Source: Penicillus capitatus
Lineage: Eukaryota > Plantae > Chlorophyta
DNA length: 64,000 bases
Direction of reading: 5' to 3'
Assembly (NCBI GenBank): GCA_965649825.1
Contig: OZ287696.1
Span: 1,942,081-2,006,080, forward strand
This document shows positions 26,001 through 37,900 of this stretch, piece after piece (position 1 is the stretch's first letter; the number at the start of each line of letters is the position of its first letter). A program made the translations under genes and the position numbers. Below the pieces are notes generated by a model. It had not been told where the DNA came from. It did no database searches and worked only from the letters and a program-made list of their open reading frames with translations.

Positions 26001-27534
26001 TGTTCCGCAGTACCAGGGCACCATCGGTAGGAACTCTGGATGGTTCTTGAGCATCTCTTGTTCAAAAGCTCGCTTTCTCAGCTGGCGACTCCGAGGAGAT
26101 GTGCTCAATTTGAAAAGATCGGCCCCTCCATAGCCTCTCTTTAACTGCACAGACAGAAAGGTATGTACAGTCCCATCATTCAGTGGGCGTTTCGACTGGA
26201 TGTACATCGAGACTTTTGGAACGTTCCCTTAGCGTCGATGTGTGGCCCGTATCCATCAGAAGAGATGGTAACGTCGAATCTGATCGTGTTCGTCTCAGCT
26301 GACTCACATGTATAACATCGATCTCCCGAACCTATAGAAAAACAATAGACACTTCATCGGCTCCCTTTTCCGCACGGTTGCATACTGCTAAGTGATCGGC
26401 AGCACTGTTGACGAGATACATGCAGAGAAGTGTCAACCAGATCATCAGAACCGGCGAAATGGCCTCACTGGAAGACATCAACGACGTGGTGATACGATCA
26501 TCGCACGGACTCTCTCCGGAGAATTCACTGTCTATCTCTGCTGCTTCCTGATTGGACGATTCACCTAGATGACATGCAATTACGTCACACATACCACGAT
26601 GTCTCGTGATCGTTACTGTAGAGCACCCAGGCACGAAACTTTGGATACTTCTCAGCTTTCACAGGTTGCAGCCAATGATGACAGATCGCATTCTTGATAC
26701 CCCCACCATCGACATGGTCTTCCACCACGGCATTCCCACAGAATGAGAAGTAAGTACTGCATCACATCCTTTGCAGCACGATCGATGTCTCATACGAGCG
26801 TCACCTGCAGGCGACAGCCAGAGATGTGCTGTTGATCACAACAGCGGCCCACAGAGCACCGGATCGATCATTAGGGGCAATGAGAAAAGGTGAGATGACG
26901 TCAAAGGCCACTGCCAGTCGATGCAATCCATGAATCAGCGAAATCAGAGTGAACGTGCCGATGAAGGTCGACATCATGACCGAGATATCTGCTTTCAAGT
27001 CCATCCCCAAGTCCTCCAGCTTTGGCAGATGATAGAAGACAGCACTGCAGAGCCAGATGATGTAGATCGCATAATAATTCAGATAACCACTACAGGACAC
27101 CATATAACATCCACGATAAAAAGAACACATCTCTGTCTCACTCTTGAGCTGATCCGAATCCGCGACGGATCAGTGGTCGAACATAGAGGTAAGCAAAGGC
27201 GCAGAGAATCCCTGCAGTCAACATCATCCACCGTCATATTCTTCCAGTCGGACACGGGACAGCAGACCATAGAGATAGAACCATTTCTTGCCAACATCAT
27301 ACTTTTCCACAAAGCCCTGAACACGAGGTCACACAGTGCAGTGAGTGGTTGGCTGGTGGTCGGGATTGCTGTGTGGATGACCTGACTGCTGTCAACGAAG
27401 ATGCAGACGACAGTGAAGATGCCGACGACGTAGACGCCCAGGTGTGTGTGTTCAAACGTGTGCAGACGCGTCTTGCGTTTGGCATTGACGGATGTATTCG
27501 TCGCGCTCACGTGACGCCCGTAGGAACCGAACAT
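23036..27534 (-). CDS. Multi-pass membrane calcineurin-like metallophosphoesterase (plant At4g11800-type)
   Basis: FFADTGDGGNSTY, LGGDLAYP, IPGNHDWHDGL, GWALPQEKSYFAL, IAG|DLHFYMRH, IQGTGGAFLHPTH, HYDEAFSALRIPHFKGF; TM-rich N- and C-terminal regions; >12 short introns. Confidence 0.88.
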
Positions 27535-27598
27535 TGACTAAAGAAGATAGAAGATACCTAAAGGGCGGATCTAAAATGAGCACCTAACGTATATGCGA

Positions 27599-27615
27599 CG
27601 TCACATGCGACGTCA
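27599..27615 (-). promoter_or_regulatory. as-1/ocs-like tandem TGACG motifs
   Basis: Minus strand TGACGTCGCATGTGACG: two TGACG motifs with starts 12 bp apart, ~65-80 bp upstream of the phosphoesterase ATG. Confidence 0.35.
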
Positions 27616-27865
27616 TGCCGCATCAACCGACAAGACGGGCGGCCGTACAGTTGACGATTTCGAGAGCTTTACAAGACGGTACTCGATGGTCATCACATAC
27701 TCAATCGAAGCTCCTCACTCAACTGATGTGACGGACAGCGACAGATGTGTGAGAAACTGAGCATGGCGGAAAGGAGGAAGGACATGTGGAACACGGAGCT
27801 CTCATAAAAGAAAAGACAGTGTAATGAAATCAGCCCCAGATGTGCTGCACGGCCAAAAAGCGTGC

Positions 27866-29867
27866 TCAGTTAATATCATGCTCTTTGAGGACATTCATGG
27901 CCTCTTCCACCTTTGCCTGAAGAGCCTCTGGATTTTCGATGAGGTAGAGAACTTCATTGTTGTCCATCTCCAGAAGCATTCCAGTGATCTTGGCAGCCTT
28001 TTCGCCATTGAGGACATGGACCAGAGGATAAAGTTGCTCCCCGAGCATAATCTTCTGCTGTTCAGGTGGAGCCGAGGCCAACGCAGCGGCAGGATTGGGC
28101 AACATACCTGGCGGAGCGCCGGGACGCATTCCGCCATCCATGGAAGGGTCAAACGGTGTGCCCATTCCTCTACCTCGCCCAAATGGCTACACAGACAGAC
28201 ACAAGAAGACATCTCAATCACCACTCGGTCGGGATGCTTACTCCCATATTCCTCCCGGGCTGCCATCTGCCTCTCCCTGGTGATCCGGATCGGCCACCTG
28301 GCATACTCCCACGAAACCCACGTTGACCTCCACGACCTAACGACAAACAGACACCGTGCTGAAGGATGAGAAGCGGGGTACAGTGCCAACACCTCGCATG
28401 CTTGGATGACTTGATCCCATCTGTTGGCTCCATAGCTGAGGGGGCATCATTCCAGGAGGCCCTACTGCCGAGTAGGGACTTCCCATGCCCATTCCTAAGT
28501 TCATCGTGCCCATACCCATCGTCATCCTGGACAGGCGTTCACGCTCAATCTGCGCCTGTCTTAGTGCTTTGGGTTGAGCCAATGCTACATAGATGTATTG
28601 TCCATTTATGTTGGTGTTGTTCAGTTCTGCCAAGGCACGCGAAGCCTCATCGACTGTCGAGAAACAAACAAAACCAAAGCACTTGGACTTGCCATTCTCA
28701 TCCATCATCACCTACAACAGCAACATGCATCTATGCATCGCCCTGGGTATGGGCAGCCGGACCTTGGCAGATGTGATGGTTCCATATTTCTCAAAGAGCT
28801 CCATCAATCCAGCGTCATCCATCGAAGGTGCCAAGTGTTTGACATACAGATTTCTGCCTTGTGTGTTCTCTTGCTGTTCTCTTCGCTTTTTCTCGAATCT
28901 CTCTTCCAGAATCTTCTTGCGTTCAGCTTTCTTCTGGGCAGGAGATACATACAGCTTGCACCCTTCGACTTCGGTGTCATTCAGATCATCGACTGCTTTC
29001 TTCGCAGCTTCTGCATCTTTGAAATTAACAAAGGCAAAGCCCTTTACTTTTTGGTCGTCATCCTGCAAGCAACACGTATGTCGCCCTGTCACATCACGGC
29101 TCGACATCTCACACACTTTTGGAAGAAAGCAGCTGGTGATGTCTCCGCATTTTGAGAAGATCTCCTTCAAAGCGTCATCCGAGTCGATAGAGGGTGGCAA
29201 GTTTTTGACATAGACATTTGTGTAACCATGCTGCGACACACGTGTATCTTTGGTCGCATAGTTTGCCACATAGAGCTGTCTGCCTTCCAGCAACATTCCG
29301 TTGGCTCGATCCACGGCTGACTGTGCGGCCTCGGGCGTTTCGTACTGCACATAACCATAGCCCAATGAATTTCCATCGTCATCTCGGGCCACTTTGGCCG
29401 AAGCTATGGCCCCAAACACTTCAAAGGTATCGTGCAGTGTGCGAGAATCGATGTCTGGGTTCAGGCCCTTGACAAAGACATTGCCGACGCCGGCTTTGCG
29501 ATTATCCGCATTGCGTTCTGCCCACATAACGCGCATGGGCTTCCCCTTTACAGGGGTATAGGAGAGCAGCTCTATGGCTTTTTCAGCAGCATGTGCGTCG
29601 AGACTCGTAATGTAGTTCACATACCCGTAACCCAAAGAACGACGCGTCACACTATCACGGCACACACGAATCGACGCCACGGGACCAATCTGCAGCACCA
29701 AACAAACAAACACTCAGCGAAGACGTCATCCAAGACGCCCCTACCTTTGAGAAAATTTGATAGAGATAGCCCTCGTCTACGTCTTTGTCTAGGTCACCGA
29801 CGTAGAGTGCATTTTTTGATTTGTTTTTGGGTTGTCCAGCAGCATCGGGGTGTTCCGTCTGAGCCAT
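27866..29867 (-). CDS. PABPC: Cytoplasmic poly(A)-binding protein (4 RRM + MLLE)
   Basis: ALYVGDLDKDV, RRSLGYGYVNY, GNVFVKGL, GYGYVQY, TNVYVKNL, KGFAFVNF, NLYVKHL, KCFGFVCF; MLLE domain QQKIMLGEQLYPLV…KITGMLLEMD; 5 introns. Confidence 0.97.
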
Positions 29868-30136
29868 CGATTTTTCTGATTTTTTTTGTTTTTCCTTTTT
29901 ATGAGTTTTTTCAAATTTCGAGAGAAGACCTATGGGGTAAAACACGTAGCAAACGAATGCAACGCGCTTTGGAACGATGATGTGTCGCAGCGTTTAAAAG
30001 GCGAACGTACACACACGTCCCATCAACGTTGGCCACAACCACATCACCACCACCGCCAAAAACGCAGCAGTACAAACAAAAAACAAAACGTCACATCGTT
30101 GTGCTCAAAAACAGCAGACATGACAACGCATCTCCA

Positions 30137-31062
30137 TCAGCTTTCGGCAGCAGCGCTGCTCAAATCCTTCTCCGATTCAATTCTGTACACCGATCCATGC
30201 AACACACCCTTTGATGTCACTCGCGGAATCTCACGAATATGACGCCACTCTACATCACACCACATCTCACTCTTTTCTAACGTATCATAGATGAGGTACT
30301 GTGATAAGCATCAGGGACAAACGAAAGCAGTTGTCCAGGCCACTGAGATCCAAGAATGACCCATCCCTTATCTCCGGGATGCTCAGCCACGGTATCGCCT
30401 TGACTCATATAGACCGTCCCCGATGGGAACAGCGTCGCCGATGGTTCACAATGTTCAAAATCGTCCGATGAAGTGCCAAAGAGTAACTGTCCACTGTCCG
30501 TCACTCCCCAGTACATCGGTTGTGCTCCTTCTGCATCTCGAGATGCCAGTACGCGTTTGCGCCGTTCGTCATAGATCACAAAAGCGAAACGCCCTTCAAT
30601 GCTTGAGAAACACTTTAGCACGGCGTCGGCATCCAGATTGGCACATTCACACAGACTCAGATAGAAACTCAATAGCCATGCCGACTCGTTTGTCTGCGCC
30701 GATTCCTGGTCCTGTCCACGGACATAGGCGTCATGGCTCTCTTTCACGACGTCGAGCCCTGGCCATTTGGAAACCTCGCCCGAAAAAAGCACATGACCAC
30801 CTTCTCGTGAGCTGTAGCTGCAGTAGGCGCCATGCTCGAAAGCAAATCCGTTGCCAGAACCTAGTTCCTTGGTCGTTGCATCGTGCCCCTTGTGGTGTGT
30901 TCTGGCTTCACGTATCGCATCCTGGCAGAGCTCCTCGGAAGCGCGGCGTTCGATATCGGATTTGATACCCGGGTGATGCGAACGCAGACTCGACTCAGAT
31001 TCGAGTCCATGTGGCGCTCTCGCCGTGTCCCAGTCAAAAACGACGAAGAAGTACCCGACCAT
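30137..31062 (-). CDS. Wali7/TSJT1-like Ntn-hydrolase (DUF3700) protein
   Basis: FSSIEGRFAFVIYDERRKRVLASRDAEGAQPMYWGVTDSGQLLF…FPSGTVY and last exon REIPRVTSKGVLHGSVYRIE; one intron. Confidence 0.8.
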
Positions 31063-31117
31063 TTTTCAGAAACGACATGCGTTGCGTCACGATGTAAGTG
31101 ACACACGATGACGTGGA

Positions 31118-31684
31118 ATGCTCATGATGCAGCAGCTCTTCTGGTATCTCTTGCCTTGCATGGTGGCGGCTGCTCTTGCCAAAGAGAGCGACGTCACACA
31201 ACTGCAGATTGGCGTGAAAGTGTGACCATCTCACTCTTTGACACACAAACACCATCTGCGCTGTGTAGCACAAACCTTCAGAATGTTCGACGCAGGCGGA
31301 GAAGGGAGACATGGTTTCGGTGCACTACAATGTGTGACATCGATCTGTAATGCGTGAGAGATTACAGAGTGAAGGAATGTAGGGTCGTCTGACGGATGGT
31401 TCGGTGTTTGACAGCAGCTACGACCGTGACGTGCCACTCGATTTCAAGCTGGGAGCAGGGAAGGTGATACAGGGATGGGAAATGGGAGTCCTTGGAGCGT
31501 GTGTTGGCGAGAAACGCAAGCTGAAGATTCCACCGGATATGGGATATGGTCAAGCGGGCGCACCACCGAAAATTCCAGGTCATCTCCCTGCCTATGTTCC
31601 GGCAGGGAGATGCAGTTGTTGTCTTCAGGAGATGCCACGCTTGTGTTCGATATCGAAATCATAGAGATCAAGAAACCTACATGA
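31118..31684 (+). CDS. FKBP15: Secretory-pathway FKBP-type peptidyl-prolyl isomerase (FKBP15/FKBP2-like)
   Basis: Signal peptide, LQIGVK|HKP…[10 protein letters not shown]|[15 protein letters not shown]…[15 protein letters not shown]…[15 protein letters not shown]…IP|[11 protein letters not shown]; 3 introns. Confidence 0.93.
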
Positions 31685-31798
31685 CATTTGTGTGAGTACT
31701 TGGGACAGACTCTGTGATGACCATTCCCACTTTAAGAAATAACGAATGTCATTTGTCGAGAATGCGATGATCTAAGCGCGTGCCATCCCTGGCTCCTA

Positions 31799-34197
31799 TG
31801 AGCAAACCATTCAAGACGACACAAAAGCGACTATGGGAGCTGTGCAGGATGATCAAGAGATGGATATTGAAAAGGAGGAAGGTGTTCTCGCCGCAGGGCA
31901 GTAGTGTGTGTCTGGTGAGATTGGGTGCCTGTGGTCTTCTCTACGTGGACGTCCTTCAACTGGCTCTCAGGATTAAGATTAGAGTGCCCACAGCCACTCG
32001 ACTGCTTGAGGAACACCCCTGGAGAAAACTTCGCAGCATCAGCAACTACCCAACGGACTCTGTGCATGGGTCCTGGAAGAGGACCCACATCATCACCTCA
32101 TCTTGTGCGGTTTGTTTTTGCAGTGGGTCCTGGAAGACATCGATGGCTTACCAAAGGATCTAGCCGAGTTCGCAGGGAATGTCTCTATGGTGACGAATGT
32201 CGCTTCGCAACTGCGACTTCGCCGAGACAAACATACTGCAGAGGCATGTCATCACAGTCGGCTGTGATGACATGCCTCGCGATCTCTTTCCTCAAGAATT
32301 CGTCTTGGAGAAACTCGAACTGGCCATTGTCTCACTGTTGTACTCGGAACAATGACTGTCTGACAGTGATCCATCTGTAAACCTGGTGCTCAACAAGTCC
32401 GTGTCCGATCGGCCGAGACTTCGTTTTCAGAACGACGCGTTGTGGCCCAGGTTTTCTTTCTCCGACGAGTGGAGAAGACGGAAAAGGCCGATGCGCCGAA
32501 GGGTGTTGCCGTCCTGGCGTAGTGACTCGCAAATCCGCCAGGTGCACCCGCCGTCTTCTTCGAAGCGCATGCCTCGTCGAATTGGATGCCGAGGTCGAGT
32601 CCACACAGCTGTCCGTAGCTCAGGCGTCCGTGCTTGCAGCACCTTAACCATCCTTCTACGCGTGTCGGGCGTGCCTTTCTTTCGCGGATGGGCATTTCAA
32701 GTTTAAATGCCGGGCATCTGCCGCGACATAACAAAACACGCTGGGCGTGCGATAAGGAGAGTTCGACGAGAACGTGGTATTCGCGTCTGCCGTTTTGCCT
32801 GAACTAGTTGATTTTGACGAGAAGATGCGCAGAGCCAGCGCTCTTCCGTCCATGACCGGCAGCAAACGGCCTGGTTGTGATCATGGCCATGAAGACGTAA
32901 TCGATTGCTATGCACGATCGTTGTAGGGGATGCGCGTCGTAAGACCGACTGAGTTCAAAAAACGGCTGCGATGTTCATTAAATCGAACATTCGAAGGTAA
33001 CCGGATTGTTCAAGAGAGTCATGCAAAATCTCCAGAACTTCGACCGGAAAGAATGCGGACGGCTTCTCGTCCGTTTAGCGACGCGTTTACCAGCATTGGC
33101 CTCTCACCCATCCAGGGGCATGTTCGTATTCATACACTCCATCGAATCCACGGCATTCTCCATCACCCATGTTAAAGTCCCATGCCGCAAGGCCTGCCAC
33201 ACAGAGCCAGCGTCATTCGACATTTTACCGAATAGATCCGGCAACTTACCTTCGCCGCATACTATATCGCCGCATTGTGTAGAGGTGCCTGCGCCGGTCG
33301 TGAAGACAGGTTCTGCAGCGTACTTCTCATCCATGACTTCACATGCACATGCAAAATAAACGAGAGACTTCGTAGCACTGCGATACTTTGATTGGTGAGG
33401 CCTGTCTTCAAGAACAGTTTGCCGACGACGTGTCCTTTCGCGTCGACGACATTCTCTGTGGTAGGGCGGTAAGCGCTCACCTGCCAGAACACCAAACATT
33501 CGTTATCAAGGGTTGCTGCGGTGGAAGGGATCTTGCTGCGTGGAGGCAGAGAAGAGCGGCAAAGACAAACAAAGCTGCGTTGGCAGACATAATGCTCGAG
33601 ACGGAGTTCGAAGAACCTCGGAGACACAGAAGACACAAACGCGTAAAGGGAAATGGCAGTGGTCGAGAATCCTGCTCGAATTTATACCATGCAGCTGCAG
33701 TCAGCGGTGTGAATTTCAGTCAGAAAAACCCGAAGCGACGTGTCCGAATTCGGCAGCTGCCTCGTTTGCAGGCAGCTGCATTTTCCAATTCGGTCGTATC
33801 CGTCGCCTGCGACCCAGCTGCTGGTGCTGCATGGAAAGCTCTTGAGGATCCTCGCGCCGTCATTCGGGATCAGTCGCGATGTGACTTGATCTGGCGGGCG
33901 CGCATCTGCTCGACGGTTAGCGTCCATTCGCCTCCCAGCACGGAGCGAGGCAGTCTTCCTGCGAGGGTAAACGCGGTTGACCACCTTGCACGGTCACTGC
34001 GAAAGAGGAACGGGCTCTTCCTTCCCTACACAGTGACTGAGTTGACTGCCCGGGCGCGAGGATGCACTCGCTTGTTGCCATTTCTCGCTGATGCCGCAGC
34101 AGTCGAGAACAGCGTACGCGCTGCAAACCAGAGACTCGCGTCGGGTTTTCGCGACGACGAGCAAAAGATCTCTCCAAGAAACAAACCACAAAGTTGA
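31799..34197 (+). CDS. Probable multi-exon protein of unknown function
   Basis: Phase-consistent GT-AG introns of typical size (32062-32123, 32190-32241, 33177-33235, 33320-33375) join protein-like frames; the final exon is ~270 codons. No family recognised; start and middle exons uncertain. Confidence 0.4.
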
Positions 34198-34516
34198 AGG
34201 CGATCTACGCCGACGAATGCGGACATGTCACCTGTGCGAACGTTCGAGGCCGTGAGGCGGAAATGAACGCTTCTCAAGTCGTCCGTGGCACGCCTGCTCC
34301 ACCAACAGACGCATCTTCGACGGAAGAATCGGCGTCCCAAATAACCCCCCTCCCGTTCAGAAGGATGGACAACGCGCAGCACGTCCGAATTAACGGACTC
34401 TGACCGGCATGACAACGCGTTCTCGCGTTTTCGCAGCCTAGAATGAACGTCTTGCCGCGTCGATGTTTCTCCCTCGCTACATGCACGTATCTGCGTTGCA
34501 GATCAAACAAGGTAAA

Positions 34517-34856
34517 TGTTGGGAATCTAATGTAAGAGTGGTTCAGACGATAGTCGAGTCCTTGCGCGTTGAGACGACGGAAACGCAATCAGATTTGATG
34601 CGATACGAACAGGAGTGTTTACAGGGTGAAATGTCGACCTTATATACCCAGGGTGGTTATGGACTTCCTAACCTTACGTCCTAACAGCTGCGAACTCCTA
34701 GTGCATGCAGCATAACCACACCCCTTACGTTATGGGGAAGTTAGGTCGAGAGCCGACATCCGTCGCGACCGATGGTCGGCGCGCCTGGATGGTTATGTGA
34801 CGGCTCCACCGCTTCCGGTGGTTACACAGATGACAGTTAAGGGTTCATTTCCTACA
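34517..34856 (-). repeat. 3' LTR (340 bp)
   Basis: TGTTGGGAAT…TTCCTACA; identical by eye to 39448-39787; minus-strand TATATAAGG at 34638-34646. Confidence 0.97.
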
Positions 34857-34875
34857 GTGACTCCTCCTCACTTAA
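34857..34875 (-). promoter_or_regulatory. Polypurine tract
   Basis: Minus strand AAGTGAGGAGGAG ending 4 nt before the 3' LTR. Confidence 0.75.
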
Positions 34876-34962
34876 CACGTCACGTCCCGACGTTTAAGTG
34901 ACAGAATGAACGAAAACACACAAGTCAGGTAAAAGGTAGAACCATTGAGCGTCATGAGAACT

Positions 34963-37900
34963 TTATTGAGGAGCGATCCACGGCTTCACGCAGAACTGCG
35001 GTACTCTCCTCATGCGGCCATCGACCAGAACTCTGCAAGCTCCTTGATTACCCCACCACGTCACGACACCTTTCTCGAACGCTGCTTCGAGTTTCCCGTG
35101 GTCTTCAAGTCGATAGACGCGGACCTCTTTCCCAGGCTCGATGCGTGGGATCGCGGCTTCTGCAGTCCAGGACTCGCGGATCTTCTTCGCAGAGTCACGA
35201 AAACGCTCGCGACAAAGCGCAAGATCGGTCAGACGGTCTGCAAGGGCGGTCTGCAAGGGCTCTGCATCCCCTTTGCTCTCGCCGGCTAACAGATTCACTT
35301 CAGTGCGGCTTTTCGGCACGACCCCTGTGAGAAGTTCGAGTGGCGACAGGAACTTGCCTCGTCGTGCGTTCACAGCAAACGTCGCAGCCGGGAGGTTCTC
35401 GTCCCAGCTTCTCGGATTCTGGCACTTCCTCAGGCGGTCAAGGACGAGGCGCTGTACGTTCTCGACTTTGCCATGGCTGCGGGGGTATCGTGGCGTCGAC
35501 CATCGATGCTCGATCCCGAGATTCTTCACCGTCTCACCAAAGACACCTTGGAACTCCGTCCCGTTGTCCGTCAGGATTCTCTGCGGCACGCCCCAAGCGC
35601 AAACAACTTTATTGATAAAGAACTTGAGGGTCTTCGCAGCTCCCAAGGACGTTAATGCATCTGTTATTACGAATCCTGTGAAGCAGTCGATCGCCGTGAC
35701 GAACCCTACTGCCTTTCTCGGCGTCGCCGGCAAGCCGACGACCGTGTCCAACTCGACCAGCTCCCATGGTTCTTCGATGGCAATGGGGATAGTGCTACGG
35801 ATGGGGGGCTTGGAACCGAATAACTGGCAGGTTTGGCAGGTCTTCACGAGATCTTGTACTTGCTTGCGCATCTTCGGAAACCAATATCTTTGCCTTACTC
35901 GTTGTAATGTTATTTCGGCAGAAAAGTGTCCGACGCAGTGTTCTTCACCGACGACCGCGCGGACTTGGTTCGGCAGCAGACAAATCTTGCGCCGGCCATC
36001 TAAGTCTTCAAAGAAAAGATTGCGCTCACCCCACCGAAATCGACTGTCCTGTTTGTGGACCGAGGGGAGGATTTCCGCGTACTCGCGGCAGGCTTGGAAA
36101 GCGGCAGCAACGTCTTCGGCTACGAGCGCTGGACATTCATCGCATTCCTCTTCTTTATTAACTGGTCGAGGTTCCGAGTCTTCGTCGACCAGGCGACTCA
36201 GTCCATCAGCGTTGCGGTGTCTTTCTCCGGGCCTCGTCACGTAATGGACGTCGTATTCGGACAAGATAAGCTTCCAACGGGCAATACGACCCGTCAGGTC
36301 TGTTTTGCGCAGCATATGTGACAGTGCTGCATGGTCGGTTCGAGCGACCACTTTGCGTCCTAAGACATAGACGCGGAATTTCTTGAGTCCGGCGACCAAT
36401 GCCAATCCTTCTCGCTCGGTGGCTGAGTATCGTGTCTCAGCATCTTTTAGGAGTCTGGAGTAGAAGTAGATCGGACGCTCTTCACCGTCTTGCTCCTGTG
36501 ACAAAACGGCCCCGATTCCGTAAGCGCTGGCATCCGTGTCGACGAGAAAGGGCAGGTCTTCGTTGACTGCCGCCAAAACCGCTCCGTCGACAAGGAGCTT
36601 CTTCAACTCCTCCAGTGCCTTCTGGGCGTCGGGAGTCCACAAGAAGTCTCGTCGTGTCGAAAGAAGACTTGACATCGGCGCACTTACGCCCGCGAAGTTC
36701 TTCAGGAAGCGGCGATAATAGGAGAACATGCCGTAAAGAGATTGCAGTTGTTTTCTGTCCGTCGGCGAGGGCATCCTTGAAATTTTCTCCACTTTGGCTT
36801 CATCCATTCTCATCCCTTCTGGGCACAGCCGGTGGCCAAGGAAGTCGACTTCTCGATAGCCAATAAAGCACTTCTTCGGTTTCAGGCGGAGACCTCCATT
36901 GCGACAGCGCTGAAACACACGCCGCAAGTCTTCAATGATCCCGGTTTCGTCTTGGTGTGCACAACAGACGTCGTCGATGAAGACGCCGACTCGGTCCAAT
37001 CCGCCATAGACTTGCTCGACCAAGCGCGAGTAGGCAGCCGGACCGTTCGTCACTCCAAAGGGGAGGACAAGCCAGCAATAGACACCGAAGCTTGTGGCGA
37101 AGGCCGTCTTTAGTACGGATTCAGGATGCAGACCAAGTGAATAATATCCACTGAATCCGTCGAGGGCCGAGTACCACGCGTGACCCATGACGCGGTCCAG
37201 CAGGTCGTCCGCCCGTGGCAGCACGAACTTGTCTGGAATGGTGGCGTCGTTGAGGCGCTGGTACGCACAACAGAATCGAAAGGTACCGTCTTTCTTTGGG
37301 GCGATGGTGATTGGCGACAACCAACGATCCTTGCGTTTTGGGCAACCATATTTTCTCGCGGCCTCTTCCCATGGGATGATTAGCTTGGCTTCAAGCAGCT
37401 CGTCGATTTGTGCCTTGACGAACTCAGTTTCTTTTGGCGCCAGGCGTCGCGTCCGGCCACAGCGCTTCGCGACTTCTCCTTGACGCAACTCGATTTCAAA
37501 TTGCATGAGCGGTGTCCTGACCATGTCTTGAAAGGTCAGGGCAAAACAGTCTACGTATTCACTGACGAGAGAGCGGATATCCGAAAGCACCTCAGGCTTC
37601 AATTTCGGGTTGACGTGCAATTCGCCAAGCACCTGGTCACTCAGTGCAAGGAAGCATTCGTCCTCGCCCTCACTCTCGCTATCGCTGGCGAGGGCTTGCA
37701 TTTGCTCGATCAACTCCTCCAGTGCAGCGGCCATATCGGACTCGCTGCTGGCATCGGAGGTATCGTCTTCAACAGCTGCGGGTTGCCTTTTCGCGAAAAA
37801 CAGTTTGCGCCACTTCGGCACGACCGTAATGCGCTTCTTCACACCGAAGGTATATGTTCCTTCTTCGAAGTCGGCTCGGCTGCGGACGGTGCGCAGCCAG

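Noticed and set aside
28339-28394. Additional GC-AG intron in PABP
   Set aside because: A GT donor 6 nt upstream gives the same frame (MRGRGG versus MRGVGRGG), so it is ambiguous and was not counted.
31780-32163. Harbinger/DDE transposase remnant
   Set aside because: Only a superficial resemblance (…HGSWKRTHI); no catalytic motif or terminal inverted repeats, and it is better explained as exons of a spliced gene.
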